This document shows, piece by piece, positions 40,068 through 54,900 of a stretch of DNA of 64,000 bases. The position numbers and the translations under genes were made by a program. Origin of the DNA: Azolla caroliniana (Eukaryota > Plantae > Polypodiophyta); assembly GCA_043228905.1 (NCBI GenBank), contig JBHGNT010000007.1, positions 4,030,001 through 4,094,000 on the forward strand, read 5' to 3'. Numbering within the stretch: the stretch's first letter is position 1; each line of letters starts with the position of its first letter. The notes under the pieces are model-generated. The model was not told where the DNA came from. It did not search any database and saw only the letters and a list, made by a program, of their open reading frames with translations.

Positions 40068-43000
40068 ATGGAGTTCGAAGCTCGCAAGCTCCATACCCTC
40101 AGAGCTCTTTCCTCACCTCTCCCTGACAAGTCTCGCAAGGGAGATGTCGACGCTCCCATCGCTGACCTTATCCATCGCATCAACAAACACCCTTCCTTCT
40201 TCACCACAAGTTCTTGCTCAGGTCGTATCTCCATCTCTACTTCCTCGCCTTCTTCTTCTTCTTTTGCGCTTTCTTCCGGGCCTGGGAAAGACGCAGATGA
40301 TGATGTCGTCAGTAGCTCAGATCCGAAGCTTGAGAAAGTTATCCCAAATCAGAAGAAGAAGAAGAAGAAAGGAGGAGATTGGAGCTTTGTTTCTCACTAT
40401 CAAGCTGATCCGGAGGAGGTGTTGCGAGCTTTGATGCAAAATTGTTGTAACTTTGAAGAGGAGAGAAATAAAGAACAGAATGGTGGTAAGGTTGAAAAGG
40501 AAAGGTATATTGACCAGCAGAAGTACACTGAAATGAATGGTGGTAAGGTTGGAGAGGAAAGTGAGGACCGACCGAAATGTGGTATGTATGAAGAGGTAAT
40601 GGATGGTCAACAAAAATCTGGTAAAAATGAAGAAGAAAGATATATTGAGCAGCAGAATTGTGGTAGCTTAATGGTGTTCAGGTTCGAGCCTTTCATTCTT
40701 GCCGCCGAATGTCGAGACATTGCCTCAGCTCAAGCTTTGGTCTCTTGTGCCATATTTTCAGGATTCCGAGAATCAGGTAACTGTTTATGTTTCATAAATA
40801 ATCATAATCTAGGAGGCATTGGGAATCTGGTAATTGTTCATGTTTCATAATATAATCTAAATCCCGGGGATTGTGAGTATCTGATAACTGTTTATCATCT
40901 GTAAACTAGTCTAAGTCCAAGAATATGGTAACTGTTTAGGTTTGAGAGGCTCTTCTGGATTCCTACGATTCTTGTAGTAAATAATTTGTTATGCTCTTAA
41001 ATTTTCAATCTCGAAGATTCGAATAACTATTTATGTTCATTTAGTCCTAATCCTGGAGAATCAAGGACGAGCTGATGGCTAAAGCTAGTAATTGACAAAA
41101 TTTTAATTTATTCTATAAAATGAGGTGAAGAATTACAATTAGAAACATGCTGACATGAGGAACTCCGCCTTATCATGCACAAACACAAGCTTTTATCAGC
41201 CAAGTGACTGTGAAATTCCACAAAAGGATTAGCTTTGAGATTAACAAAAGTGTCCAGGTTATGCTGCACAGCTTTCTGAATTCACTGGTCACTGGTCAAT
41301 CTTTTTATAGGCTTAACCTTGTGCGCACTTGTCTTAATCAGTAAATATGTATACCTTCATATAGACTTAGACTTAATCTTAATCTCGTGTTAATGGGTAT
41401 GGAGTGACATGCATGTGAAAGAAAATGGGTAATGATTAATGTAATAATTTACGTGAGGAAGAACTCAGAGAATCTAATAAAATCAACCATACCAATTAGT
41501 GAGTGACTGATGATGTCTGGAACTGTCCACCTGTGTGCTCCAAATGTAGAGGTTAGATGACTATTGAGACATATATTGGAAGGACTGGCACCGCTGTGTC
41601 TTGTATACATCAGGGAGATGTATTATGTAGAGTTGAGATTGTAACAGTTGCTCATCCATCAAATTGGACGCTGTCCATAATAAACAATTGGTTTGTTAGA
41701 TTACTGTTGCCATGATACATACCATCTGTGGGTGTTGCCCCATGCCCTGTCACCGCAAGGATGGGCCTCGGCATGGCTGGACCCACATTAGCCGTCTCAT
41801 AACCATATGCTACCTGTTTATGCTCATGTGTCCTAATCCTCAGAATGTAATCACTGTTTATGCTCATATAGTGTTAATCGACAATTGATTATCTAGATTT
41901 CATATGCTCTGTATTTATCTCAACTAGGATTGTTCATTAATTCCAGAATCTTGCTCCTCTCAGTCAAGTGTGGTGGCTTTTTCTTAATTTATGTGATTTA
42001 AAGCATACTTTTTACAAATTCTTCTGTTCTTTTGATGGAGATATAAGCTTTTGTTTCTAAATCCTAAATGAGTAAAGCAAAGGGATACTTAACCTGATTA
42101 GTGATGGATTTTTAGGTATCACCAGTATGAGGAAACGCATAATTGTCGCAGTCCGCTGTTCGATTCGTATTGAGGCCCCTATTGCAGTAGGAGACCATCT
42201 TCTCGTTAGCCAAGATTATATAAGATTTCTTGTAGCGATTGCCAATTCTAAACTGGCAAGCAATCATCAAAAAACAAACAAGTTTTTATCTTCTTTCATC
42301 CAACAGGTGTCAAGAATGTTCACTTTGCTTATGATTTTTGTCAAGAAGACATTCTGAATGATATTTTTCTGCTTCATTATGATGTATTTAAATAGGTCGA
42401 GGCTACTTTACATGGAGAAGACATTGAACCCAGAGTCTCTTTCAAACAACAAAAACATCTAAAGCACGAAGAAAAATGTTACCTTTCAGAGAAATGCAAT
42501 ACTAAATCAAGAAGACTTCAATCCAACGACAGAAAGCTTTCAGAACTTGAGAAGAGACAGCTGCGCCTCATATCTAGGCTCGATGAAGCTGAAAAGAAAC
42601 TTCATGATTTATTTCGTGTACCTGTCTTAGATGTGGAGGAGTTGCCTGATTTGAAAATGGGAACGCGAAGTACTATTTCAGGTCAACAATCTAAACAAGG
42701 TCTGGAGGCGTTGTCTTATTCAAAAATGGGAGTGGGGAGTATTATTCCCGAACGACAATCTAAACAAATTAGAGAACCAGAGTTCAAGTTACCTCTAAAA
42801 GGTAGGTAGGTATTCTCATGCTTCATCATTGATGGATAAGGTTTTTAGCTGATGATTTCATTTTTACATGGTTAGAGGCATATTTTAGTTTTCTTATGCC
42901 AACAATCACACTGCCTATTTAGAAGTGCTAATAGGACATTGCATTAGGAACTAGTATTTTCTCTTTCTTCGTTTTGTTTATTTGAACACTGCATAAACAA

Positions 43001-43665
43001 TGCAGCTTATTAGTATGGTCCTATATGATTTTATTATGTGTACCTGCTGAATATTTTTTTTGTTGCAAAATTTTCTATTTCCACAAGATTAAAAGTGTAC
43101 AAATAGACTGTTTCTATGAGTTATGAAGTCATAAATTCATGTGTTTGGGTAATATTTAATTAAAAGTTTTCCCTAATGCAGATCTGAAAGGACAAAATTT
43201 AAGTGTTTGAGTGTTACGTCGGACAAGCTATATCGCTGGGGTCACTCTACATGTTCCTTGCATTGCGTTCCAGGATTTCCTTCAAGATCACTGCTGAGTT
43301 TTGGTGGGTATGGGGGCTCTCTCAGGCAAGGACGTCAAAATGACTTAGTTCTTCTAACACTTGATGATAGTGTGGTGCAGTCTATTGATGCCGAAAATCC
43401 ACCCACCCCAAGGATGGGTCATACAGCATCACTTGTTGGCAGTAAGATGGTTGTGATAGGAGGTAGGGAGGATCCAAGCAAGCCATTAGGTGACGTTTGT
43501 GTGCTTATGCTTGATAAAATGCAATGGCAATACCCTCAAATGGAAGGTGTTTTCTTTCCTCCAAGGTATTTCTACCTGTTATCTATTGTTCATAATATGA
43601 ATCAGAAAAATCTCTGAAATGCCTCTTCAAGTTTTGTTGTTTTTCCAAATGCCTGTGTCCAGACC

Positions 43666-43747
<82 letters not shown>

Positions 43748-46700
43748 TGACTTCACCATATAGGTGATCATATAGCACATATAACTGCTCCAGGCAGGAT
43801 TGGGCTAGGGCATTTGGGGAAGTAATGGAAATTTAGGGGCATTTGGGAAAAGGAAGAAAAACTCGGGATTTTTTCCCTATAAATTATGGTTGCTACTCAG
43901 AGATAAGATTCCTTCCATATTTTGTTTTTGCAGACATAGGCATGCAGCAGTCACCATCGAAGAAAAGGTTTATGTGTTTGGTGGTCTGACCAATGAGAAA
44001 GTCTTAGGAGATCTCTATATTCTAGACACTAACATGATGCAATGGACTCTGGGAGAATGTAAAGAGAAAGTTCCAGCCCCGCGACACTCTCATTCTATGT
44101 CAGTTATAGATAAAAAAATATATCTGTTTGGTGGCTTTGATGGTGCATCTATTCTTGGCGATTTATGGGTCTTAGATCCTGGAACCTTGATATGGACATG
44201 CCTGAACCTAAACACAGTACGAAGATTTTCTCACTCTATGACCGCTTCCTCTGATTTCTTGGTGCTTCTTGGTGGTTGTCCATTGACTAAGAATAAGAAT
44301 ATAGTCACTTTTCTAAATGTGAAAAAAAAAGAATGGAGACATATTGTATGTGATGTCCCACATGAATCTTTGTTTGTACGTCATACGGCCACTTCTATAG
44401 GGAATGAGATTGTGGTGATTGGTGGTGGGGTGACCTGCTATGCATTCGGTATAAGGTTCAGTACACCTATCCTTATGGACCTTGGTTCATTTTCACCAAA
44501 TAAGACACATGAAAATGGGGTCATTCATCATCCAGAGGCTAAGTTCGCCCTTCAAAATGACATGTGGGTGCTAAAGATCGACAAAGCACATGCAAAGATT
44601 ATCAAAGATTATCTGAAGCGACATGGTTGGCTAGATATGAGAAAGAAGGTTAAGACAGAGGAAGATGGCTTGCGTGTGGTTTTTCCTATTACTGTAGAGG
44701 CAGCAAATAAACTGCAAGAATCAGACCTATATGATAGGATATTCAAAGACTGTTTTAATGTTGTTGATGGTCCAGTGGATTGTGAGATAACTCAACTTAA
44801 AGGGCAAAATGAGTCAAAGTCATCGAGGGATCCACGAGAGGTGTTGTATAATGATGTACTTTCCTTATTGCGAAAGTATGATAAACCTCAATCTCTGATT
44901 GAGGAGTTGCCGAAGAGGTAAGCTTTTTGATTTCTTAATTTAGTGCCTTGTTCTTATGTTTCAGTTTCAGTTTTCTAATATTATTAGATAAAGTAGGGTG
45001 GCGTATCGAGATTTACAATGTCAAAATGTAGATGTACTAAACATAATAAAACTATGCCATATTTAGCAATTTGCACATATTAGTTGAAAAGTTATAACAC
45101 GCTAGTAAAAAAATAGTAGTCTAGGCTATTTGATCTGTTAGAGATTATTTCTAATCTAAGCATAAGACAAGGAAGTAAATGATAGATAGAAGGGTGCCGA
45201 TCCTCCCAACCACCCCTGAGCAAAGGGATCGAGATGGAACTTGCACTCGCCCAACTCAAGATTCTGTTCACCACAAGATCATAGTCTCAACGTAGTCGAA
45301 TAATGTGTCTAATGAGGGTATCTAGGCCTCATATTCATAGCCAGACCTAAGGCCGCTAGACAAGCTCACACTTGGCCTTTATGGGTTGTCTCAATCCCTA
45401 GGACTAAAAGTAATCCTACCTTCTTTACACTCTAGAACTCTCGATAACCCTGACACTCTTATCTTCATGTGTAGAATACTACAGTACAAACTACCACGGG
45501 ATAAATTATGATCATGCCTGTAACGTGATCCCTTTATAGTAATTCCATAGACTTTGTCAGTTAATTTCTTGGTACTGCTGAAGCTATTGTATACAGTAAG
45601 CTAAATCTCATATATTTATACATTTCAGATCATCTTGGTTTTTACTTTCTGATAATGTAAATAGTTCAGAAAAACCTTGTAACAGAGGATATGCTTTATG
45701 CAGATGGGAAAGACTTGATGATATGGCAGTGCTTCCTGCTGACGCTTTTAAGAATGAGATCTGGTCATCCTTGGGTGAAGAATTATGGGCAATTGTAGCA
45801 CGGTCTTTGAATGTACAACGTGTTGCCCGTCAGGTGAGATTTACTGTTTGTACATGTTAGGTTACTTTCTTTTGATCCTAAGTCCCCCCCTCCCTGTCCC
45901 ATGTGTGAAATTAATTGTCTATACTGAATGACCCCACTAATAGAAATTTAGTGATGTGGCATTGTTTTGAATAAACTCCTTGTTTCAACTGCTTATTGAA
46001 CTTTTGATTGCATTGCTTTCTCTTCAGCAAGATTATATTATTTGTAAGTAGTGCTATAGATTATATAGCTTGCAAATAAAGGCCATATTTCTAATGATGA
46101 ATTGCTGTACCTCAGTCATGTTTCATTTGCTGCATGATGCAACTATTTCATTAGCAAAATCTGTAGGAAGTGGTTTTAAGCTGTGTTATTTCATTTCTCC
46201 TCTGCTCTAAAATATGTTAGCTCTTGATTGATTGCGCCATAATATTTATAGAAATATATCACGTTAGTGAGAAATAATATTTTATTTGGTAATAACTTTA
46301 AGTATGTTGTGCATGACTTCTAGGCTCGTGTGGCGGCCAATGGCACAAGGGACAGCAAATTGACCTTACTTTTAGGAAGTAATGGTTGGGTACAACATCG
46401 AGAAAATAGTATTTTATACTGTTTTGATGCCACAAAATGCATGTTCTCCTCAGGTAACGTATCAGAAAAGATGAGAATAGCCAAGTTAAACTGCAGCGGT
46501 GAGACAGTTATTGATTTATTTGCTGGCATTGGATATTTTGTCTTGCCTTTCCTTTTGAAGTGAGTACTCCTGATTTCTAGTCATAATCAAAGATAATGAT
46601 GTCTTAATCTGTTTTATTTTCTGGTGATGGTTTTGTTAAGTTCTTAAAGTGCCTGTGTAATACTGGGACAGAGCTAATGCAAAGAGAGTATATGCATGTG

Positions 46701-47657
46701 AATGGAATCCTCCTGCCTTGGATGCTCTTCGGTATAATTTGCAAATAAATGCAGTGGAAGATCGTTGTATTGTTTTAGCAGGAGATAATCGATGTACAGC
46801 TCCCCATGTAAGGCTCGCCGAGTTCATTTTGTAATAAAAAAAGATATTCCCCAAAGATGCGTCAAGCTCTATAGTTACGTATGACTTGTAATAAATTATA
46901 AAGAAACCATCTACTTGTTCATGGTGAAACACAGGCAATAGAAAGCTTTTCAAACCAGGCTTTCAAAACAATAGATTAGTGTATTACACAAATAAAATAA
47001 AAGGAAGTTCTTTTAATTGTGTATAATGGCAAATGTGATTCCAGGGGATAGCTGACAGAGTATGCTTAGGGCTTCTCCCAACAAGTGAGCATTGCTGGGG
47101 TGTAGCTGTCAAAGCTTTACGGTAAGCCACATGTGTATACAACTTTCTAAAACATTATAAATATAACAATAGAGTTTCCTTGTCTTAAGGATGACTGGTG
47201 GCATGCTACACATTCATGGAAATGCCAAGGACACTGACGAACAACAATGGGTTCAGTATGTATTGCTCTCAGTAAAAAGCCTGGCTGAGAAGGAAGGTTA
47301 GTATATCCTTATTCCTATGCTTGTATTGTATAGGGTAAACACCAAAAAGTTCACAGAAGTTACCACAATTCTTGTGTAATAGCAACCTTTATCTGTACTA
47401 AGAGGAGAATGTTAGTGCATTTTTGAAGACTCAAGAGATACCTTGGTTAATAGTGAACTAGTTGGGAGTATTTTGTTGTTTCCCAGGATGTGATACCGAA
47501 AACTCTTTGTTTGACATTTTTTCTGTAATTTGATACACTAACAGGATATCAATGGGATGTTCATGCTACTCATATTGAGAGGGTGAAGTCGTATGCGCCT
47601 CATATATGGCACCTTGTTGTAGATGTGAAGTGCAAGGCAACAATTATAGGAGGTTAA
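40068..47657 (+). CDS. TYW2/3/4: tRNA wybutosine-synthesizing protein 2/3/4 (TYW3 - kelch TYW4C - TYW2 fusion)
   Basis: Eleven exons: 40068-40776, 42116-42306, 42396-42805, 43182-43565, 43934-44917, 45704-45833, 46324-46559, 46672-46807, 47045-47121, 47190-47296, 47545-47657. TYW3 motifs DKSRKGDVD, FTTSSCSGRIS, FRFEPFIL, GFRESG. Kelch repeats RWGHS, PRMGHT, PRHSHS. TYW2 motifs MFSSGNVSEK, DLFAGIGYF, CEWNP, DRVCLGLLPTS, VKSYAPH. Confidence 0.95.
43669..43744. repeat. (GA)n microsatellite in TYW intron 4
   Basis: Perfect GA run of about 75 bp. Confidence 0.95.
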
Positions 47658-48761
47658 TTCCTATTAAGATCTGGCAGCTCTGTTTTGAATAAGATCTTCT
47701 TTGCCATATCAGGTCTGAGAACACTCAACAAAGGCACGTGGTTCTATCATTTTGATTAATATCAATCTTTTCCTAACATATCCCATCCATGATGCATATA
47801 GATTGAGAATTCTTGAATTTCTTATTGCTACAATATGCTGGCAAAATTGAAAAGAAAAACAGTACATTAGTAATACGTTAGTTCCACATGCCATTTTTGT
47901 AAATCTTTGTCTGAGTTAGTTTTTTTGACACATTTTTAACATACTAGGTGTTGCACACGATCTTTTTCACATGCATTATTTTTCAAATAAACGAACAGTG
48001 AATGGTGGGATCAATTAATGCCACAATCAAGGGGACTGAAATTTTCTTCAAATTAACAATTATAATTATGGGTTGATATCTTGTATGGACAAAATGTCAC
48101 ATTCTTTGATGGATTGTTAATGTATCTTTTTGGTCTCCTTGGTGTTTGTAAGTACACAAGTTTTGTACATAATTATTATTTTTAGGTTTTCATCATTTTG
48201 CAAATGTTCCCAAGGATAAAGGATGTTATATCCTTTATCTAGGAATTAAATCCACGCGATAAAGTAACCAATGAGGATTATGTATAACCTACCTCTAGAA
48301 GGCCCAAATAGTTGGCTAACATCGTCCAAGTGAATGATGTTAGATATATTTGAGTGAAATTGTTCTCTTTTTGTGTTTTTTATCGTATCCTACTGTTGAT
48401 GCTCATAAAAATTGAATTGCGGTCCCAACCAAACACCCTTGAAATTGCGACTCTTTACTTCAGAAGTGAATGCATGCCATATTACATTAGCTTTTGTCGA
48501 GGTTTTTGAGACCATGGTTTGTTTGAATACCTACTTTGTCTTGTGACATGTGATAACATAAACCATCTATCTCACCAAGACAAACCAGTTTCTTGTGCAA
48601 TGTTTCAACTTGGTTAGTGAAATCCTCATGTACCAAGGGGAATAGTATGGTTTGCCCATTTGAGATTTGCCATGGTGATTTCAATGCAGCTTTGTTCTAT
48701 GGTTATTGAGTCAATTTGAATAGTTGTGAGCTGAGCTTCATTGCATTGAAGAAATATACTT

Positions 48762-48762
<1 letters not shown>

Positions 48763-48823
<61 letters not shown>
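48763..48823. repeat. (CA)n microsatellite
   Basis: Perfect CA run of about 60 bp. Confidence 0.95.
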
Positions 48824-48827
<4 letters not shown>

Positions 48828-50307
48828 AAATGAGGAAATTGAAATGCATTGGAAAAGGGAGGGAGAGTTTGTTATTAACACAACTTAGCATATAGACAAA
48901 GGGTTGGAAAGTCCTCAATCAAAGCTTCGTGAGAGTATATAGCAAGTTTAAATTGGTAGTATGTACTAGTAGCAACAATTGAAACAAAGAGCTTTGCTTT
49001 GTCAAGATACTCCTACTCTTATCATTTTCTTCATCTTTGTTTCTTCAATTGGGTTCTAGTTTTCTCTCTTATTCATGGAAAAATCGTTTGATCCTGGTTT
49101 CTTGTGACATCAAGAATAGAGGGCATGAGCATTACTTCCTCACAATCTATGGGGAATATTGATATGAAAACAATTCCTCCAACAAATAGAAATATTATGT
49201 TAGAATGTAATTGTGCTTAGCACCAATGACTTATGTACAAAGTGTTGGTATCCCCATATAAATATGCTATAAATAATTGCAAATTATGTGTGTTATGGTA
49301 TACAAGTCATAAGAGGCCAAGATGGATGGGTATAAAAACACAAGGTATGAAGAGATTTTGTTTTCAATTGAAATGAGAGACGTTTGTGGGTCATTGCCTT
49401 AAATATGGTGAATGAAGCCACTTTATGGTAGAATGTCAATTTTATTGTCCTTCAGCTATGAAGGTTTTAAATGAAGGGAATGGTACGGAAATAGTTGGGA
49501 GAGATTTTGGGATGTCAGCTATTGTGGCTGTTATGGATAAAGATTGGTAAGTATGGGCATAAAGATTGGTAAATGACTCATTTTGGCAAGTATATAAGAT
49601 TGGTGGTGGAGATTTATGCCCCTAACTAGGCTACTCAATGTATTGCATCGTGGGGCTCACTTCATATAACTCTATTTATGGGCTGCCCATGATTACCTAA
49701 GAGCGATTTAAACAAGTGATTTGATGCATGGCACATTATGTCACAATGCTCAAATCATAGATAGAGCCTGAGCAAAGTGCATGGGTTTCATTGGCTATTG
49801 AGGTTCATATAGTTGGATGATGTGTGGACATGGTTGGATGGAAATTGATCTACGATTTACCTTGCAATATGTATGACATACATAGATGGTTAGACGTAGG
49901 TTTCCGAAACACAAGATCGGAATGTGTTTCCGACACATAAGATCGGAAGGTAATTATAGGGGGGGGTATTGCAGAAATATTGGGAAATTGTATGGGGGTT
50001 CATTGCTGAAGAAATATTGGAAAAGTATGAGAAGAATAGCATGAAATAAATGGAGTGGGATGATTGAATGTAACCATTGAGTTTGCAGAGAAAATGGGCA
50101 CAAGACTTTGGAGAGATCTTCTTCTATTCATGATACTAGAATTTCCTGCTTCTTTCTTTCTTTTGAGTAGGCAAATTTCATGGGGGAAGACTGGAGATTC
50201 AAAAATTCTCCATCGGCAGTAGCCTTACTCTGTTTTCCCTGATGTCTCTGTGCTTCCTTTGAAGCATTCTGCGATATTCGAAAGAAGAAAGAGGGAAGAA
50301 AGGAGCC

Positions 50308-51975
50308 ATGGCTGAAGACGGAGAAGAAGATGACTATATGGGCGACCTCTCACGCTTTCTTCAACCCCAAGAGCTTCTCAAATCAACGCAAATCTCTGTA
50401 AGTCGTTTTCTCTCTCTCCATGTTTCTGTGTATTTCTGTATGCCTTCTTCACATATTTCTACTTTTCCTTATCCTTTTTTTAAAGTATGTTTCCATGTAT
50501 TTTTCTATGTCTTTTCTATTTCTTCTACAGATTCTATATGTCTTTCATTCTGCTCAACTTGAACCTATGGTGTTTTCAGGAAGCTTCATACCCATCTCAA
50601 TCTCAAGGTCTCAGAAAGAATCAGAGAAAGAAATTGAGGACTGAAATACTTCAGAAAACAGAGGATGAAAAGCGATCTGAAGGTCTGAGCTCTGCCATTT
50701 CTTCTTCTAACATTGGATTCAAAATGCTACAGCAAATGGGTTATAACCCAGGGAAAGCTCTAGGGAAACATGAGCAGGGAACCTTAGAGCCTCTAAACCT
50801 AGATGTGAAAAGGTCACGGTCGGGTCTTGGAAGAGACGAAATTGAAAAAGCAAAAGCGATTGCAAAAGCAAAAGCAAGGGAAATTGCAGATGAGGCGAAA
50901 AAAGGTATCACTAAACAAAAGAGGGATGAGTTGGAATCAGGTTTTCGGGAGAGGAGGAAGAGTAACTGGCAAGGTTATAAGCTTTTCCGTGATTATCGGA
51001 AAGCTCAAACAGCTCTTCAACATCTCGAAGGATCTCCTCGACAACACAAAGTTCCCCAAGAAGATGAGTTGGAGAATCTCGAAGGGAAATACTTACAAGA
51101 TGGTAGTGGTAAAGATGCAGGAGATGGTCCTGAGGAAAATGAGTCTGATGAGGAAATCGAACTTCAGGTGTGTTTTTTGTTATAATCCTTCTATTTCTTC
51201 TTGTTCGATGTTGTTTTATGTTTAAGATGATACAGACATGAATATTAAATTGTGAACATTGACCCGGAATTTTGGGTTGAATATAAGGCAAGAATGCCAC
51301 CTTTGGGCATATAGTTTAGGTCAAGTTCCAAAGGTATGAAGCCCGCAAAAAGGGTGAAATAATATGGGTTCTAAATTGTGGCTAACATTATGGGCTATAA
51401 AATAGTGAGGTATTCGTCACTCCCTATATACCAGAGTTCGGAAAATATGCATCAAACATGAACACATAACATACAGTACATACAATGATGTACTTTTTTA
51501 TTCTTAATGGCTGAAATATTTCATCAAAATCCATGGCCATTATAAATGGGCCACACATTATATATATGAATTAGTCATAACAGTTTGCTGCAATTGATGA
51601 AAAATTTAAGCTCTCCTTAGGAATGATGCCTGCCTCATCGTGGTTATATTTTTTAGTACATCTTGCTAAATAAAATGATAGAGAAGTGATCAACTTATTG
51701 AATGCTTGATTGAAATTTATTCATTCTTTTACTTTTAGTGAAGTCTACTAATGCTGATGTCTCTTAATGTAGGACCTTCTAGATTTGTTAACAAGGTTGC
51801 GATCGGAATATTTCTATTGTTTGTATTGCGGGTGTAAGGTAAGTGTACAGTTACTTATGTGCAAACCTGATCATTTGGTAAGTCTGTAAAAATGAAGTTT
51901 TCTTTTGCCTCTCAGTATGAGAATGCGGATTCGTTGCAATCTAACTGTCCTGGCATGGACGAAGAGGATCATTAA
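50308..51975 (+). CDS. GPATCH11: G-patch domain-containing protein 11-like (G-patch + DUF4187-type Cys C-terminus), 267 aa
   Basis: Exons 50308-50397, 50580-51167, 51773-51838 and 51916-51975, all phase 0. N-terminal EEDDYMGDLS, G-patch SNIGFKMLQQMGYNPGKALGK..G...P......RSGLG, and C-terminal LRSEYFYCLYCGCKY..LQSNCPG..EEDH. Confidence 0.92.
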
Positions 51976-54900
51976 TTTGGTTTTATTATATAAACACAAT
52001 TGGATATTGCAAAGCCCAGACTAAACAAACTTACCACATGTACAAATATAATGATGGAAGGAGAATGGAGCTTTGTGATGATGGCATTGATCTATGGGGA
52101 GAAAAAGGTTGCTCTGAAATGTGTCTAGAGTTCGTGGCCCTTCAATAGTGATCTCTTTCAAAAATTTGAAGGCATATATGTTTTGGAGGCCCACATTTAG
52201 AGATATGGAACTATGTTTTGTTGGTTTTGCGTGTTGGTCACAGATTTCCCAAGAAATGAATGAGAAGTGTGAGAGTTTCTTCCTCATGACATCTAGTTCA
52301 AGACGGACAAATGGAGTTGTGCCTAAATATTGTTGGATCCTACATCATCCCAAGAAAATATATTTTCAAACTTTAAAAGAAGACTCCTGAGTACATTTTT
52401 TAGAAATCTGGAGATTAAGAAAGATATCTATGAGTTCTCTATAAAGACTTATTCTTTATGGCATTCAAACCAACAGTCATTTGGCAGCAAATAGGAGTAA
52501 TCGTATGCTTGATGCCCATGTTAAGTGAAGACTGTTTTTTATAAAGCCGTTGGTCCTCGGCCATGTAGAAACCAAGTTTTAAGCGCCTTTCACAAAGAAA
52601 ACATGTACTTTTGATAATATTGCAAAAAAATTGTCAGTTTGTCTATCAATCTCTCTATTCGTATTTTTTTACATTCTGTAGTTGAATGGCGGAGACTTAA
52701 GGTTTAGGGTTTAGGTTTTAATATAGCATGCTTATTATTCTTTAAACTGTCATCTTCTGTCTAGCACATTAGTATTTGTTTTCTTTTATGGACTGCTTTT
52801 GTGTGACACTTGATTTTATTCTTATTTAAGGGGTTTGTGTCGTGGATAGTACTACTTTAGTGAATGGGCTTGATTTGTTCCTCAATTGACACCTCAATGT
52901 ACCACCAAAGAGGATAAATTTAGGATTATATGAGTGCTTGGTTAGGCATTGTCTAATGATGCCAACAATTGGGCATTACCAAGTTATTTAACATAGGTCC
53001 TTACAAAGCAATAGACTCACTCAGCTTTTGTTCAATTTTTTACTTGGTGATTCTCTTGTTTTTTTGTTCAAATTGAAATTTTGGAATTAAGCAAAGCTAA
53101 CCTAATGAATTATTTTAGTATACTTTCATTGCGTCGATGTTTAGATCTTGCTTTACAACTATGGATTCTATAATCTTTTCTCAAATCTTTCCAGAAAGAT
53201 AAGGATGTTGTCTAGATGTAAATGATTGTCATCTCCACCAAGCCATGAGAATGATTGTCAAGTGTCCGAAAAATGTACACAATAATAAATGACAAGGGTA
53301 TTGGGAAGTATCAAATACTTGAATAGAAACCATGGATATGTATCAATTAGTCTTGTATGTGTTATTTTACTCATCATGAAATTTTCTTAAATCTTGTTTA
53401 GATTATTTGACCATAGAGAAAAACCTTACCCCAATACATTATGGCGTTAATTTTCGCTATTTGCACAAATTTGGTTGGAGCTTAAAGTTCAGATGTCTAT
53501 TGAAATTTGTATTAAAAATCCACGAGTTACTTGGGGTTAGGATACATACTTGGGGCCCCTTCAATTATTGTTTGATATATGCATTGCGCAACTTCTATCT
53601 GTGTTAATGATAGACATCATTATTATTTCATGTCACCTTAAAAGTGTATTGAGTATTTGATATGCAAGATTTTATGTCTCGTATAACCATATATTTATTG
53701 ATTATAAGTAGTTTATGTGATGTTTGATATATTTGGCTTCAATAATTCTCTATAAATAGACGGTAAATTCTGGCATAACCTTTAACAAACTAGAAAGAGA
53801 GGATTGGAATAGGAACACATTCATATGAATCTTCGGTCTAGTTATCATTATACACATTGCATAAATGCCAAAATCATTGGAGACCTTGTACGACAACATG
53901 TACCTCAAAACATATATGAATTTGATATTATACTTTTTGAGATACAAGATAAATAAATCCCTTGTTTCATACAACTAACTTTGACAAGATTGTTATTCCA
54001 ACAAAATTGTATGAGGTATACATCATAGTCCCTTTGCTAACTTATCCATTACCACTCTTGTTCCCCATGTTATTTGTGCATAGCTTGCTTTCAATTTTAT
54101 TCCCATTTTAAGGGTCCCCTTCAATTATTGGCAACCCAATAATAACATTGGCAAGAAACATTGTTGGAGTATGGGGTTCGTCGCAATATGAACACTTGAT
54201 GTTATTTTTGTGATTTGTTGTCCTTTCCTACCAATTTAGTAATTGGATGTTGCTATTTGCAACCATGGTACTAAACTTGTGATTTGCTATCCATTTTGTT
54301 CATGAATGACTAGATGTAGGTCATAAAAATTTTCTCTCTCGTAGAGATTCTTATAACATTTAACTTGCACAATTTCATAATCCATCATGGAGATAATTCA
54401 ACAATATGAGCATATAAGAATAACTTTCCATGAAGTCATTATAGTTGTAATGATTCTTTCTTCACTAACAGAAAAAATATGAACAATTTTGATCTTAAAC
54501 AAGTGTGGTTAAACATCGAACTAAGAATAACTTTCCATAAAGTATTTACAATACAATCCATTTTCTCTTATCACATATCTAACACATGCAATAATTTTGG
54601 TGTTAAATGGGCATGAAGTAAATGTGATGTGTAGGACACAAAGTTTTCTTCATATACATAATACATAAATGCATCTATTTCAAATGACAAGTCTTTCTTG
54701 TACTATTGTGAGAGCCAATTATAGCAGAGGCAAGAGCACTACAAAACCGTGTTTGAAATCAACATCCATGCTACCTTTTAGAAATATCAAGGTTAATTGG
54801 TAAGCCAAGTTATATGACTAAACTAATGACAACACACAATATAGCATTATAAACACATCATATGAAAATTGATGATAATAAGTAGGGATCGGCAACGGCT

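Noticed and set aside
45136-45455. LTR-like segment in TYW intron 5 (TGTTAG...CTGACA)
   Set aside because: No TSD and no second copy in the window.
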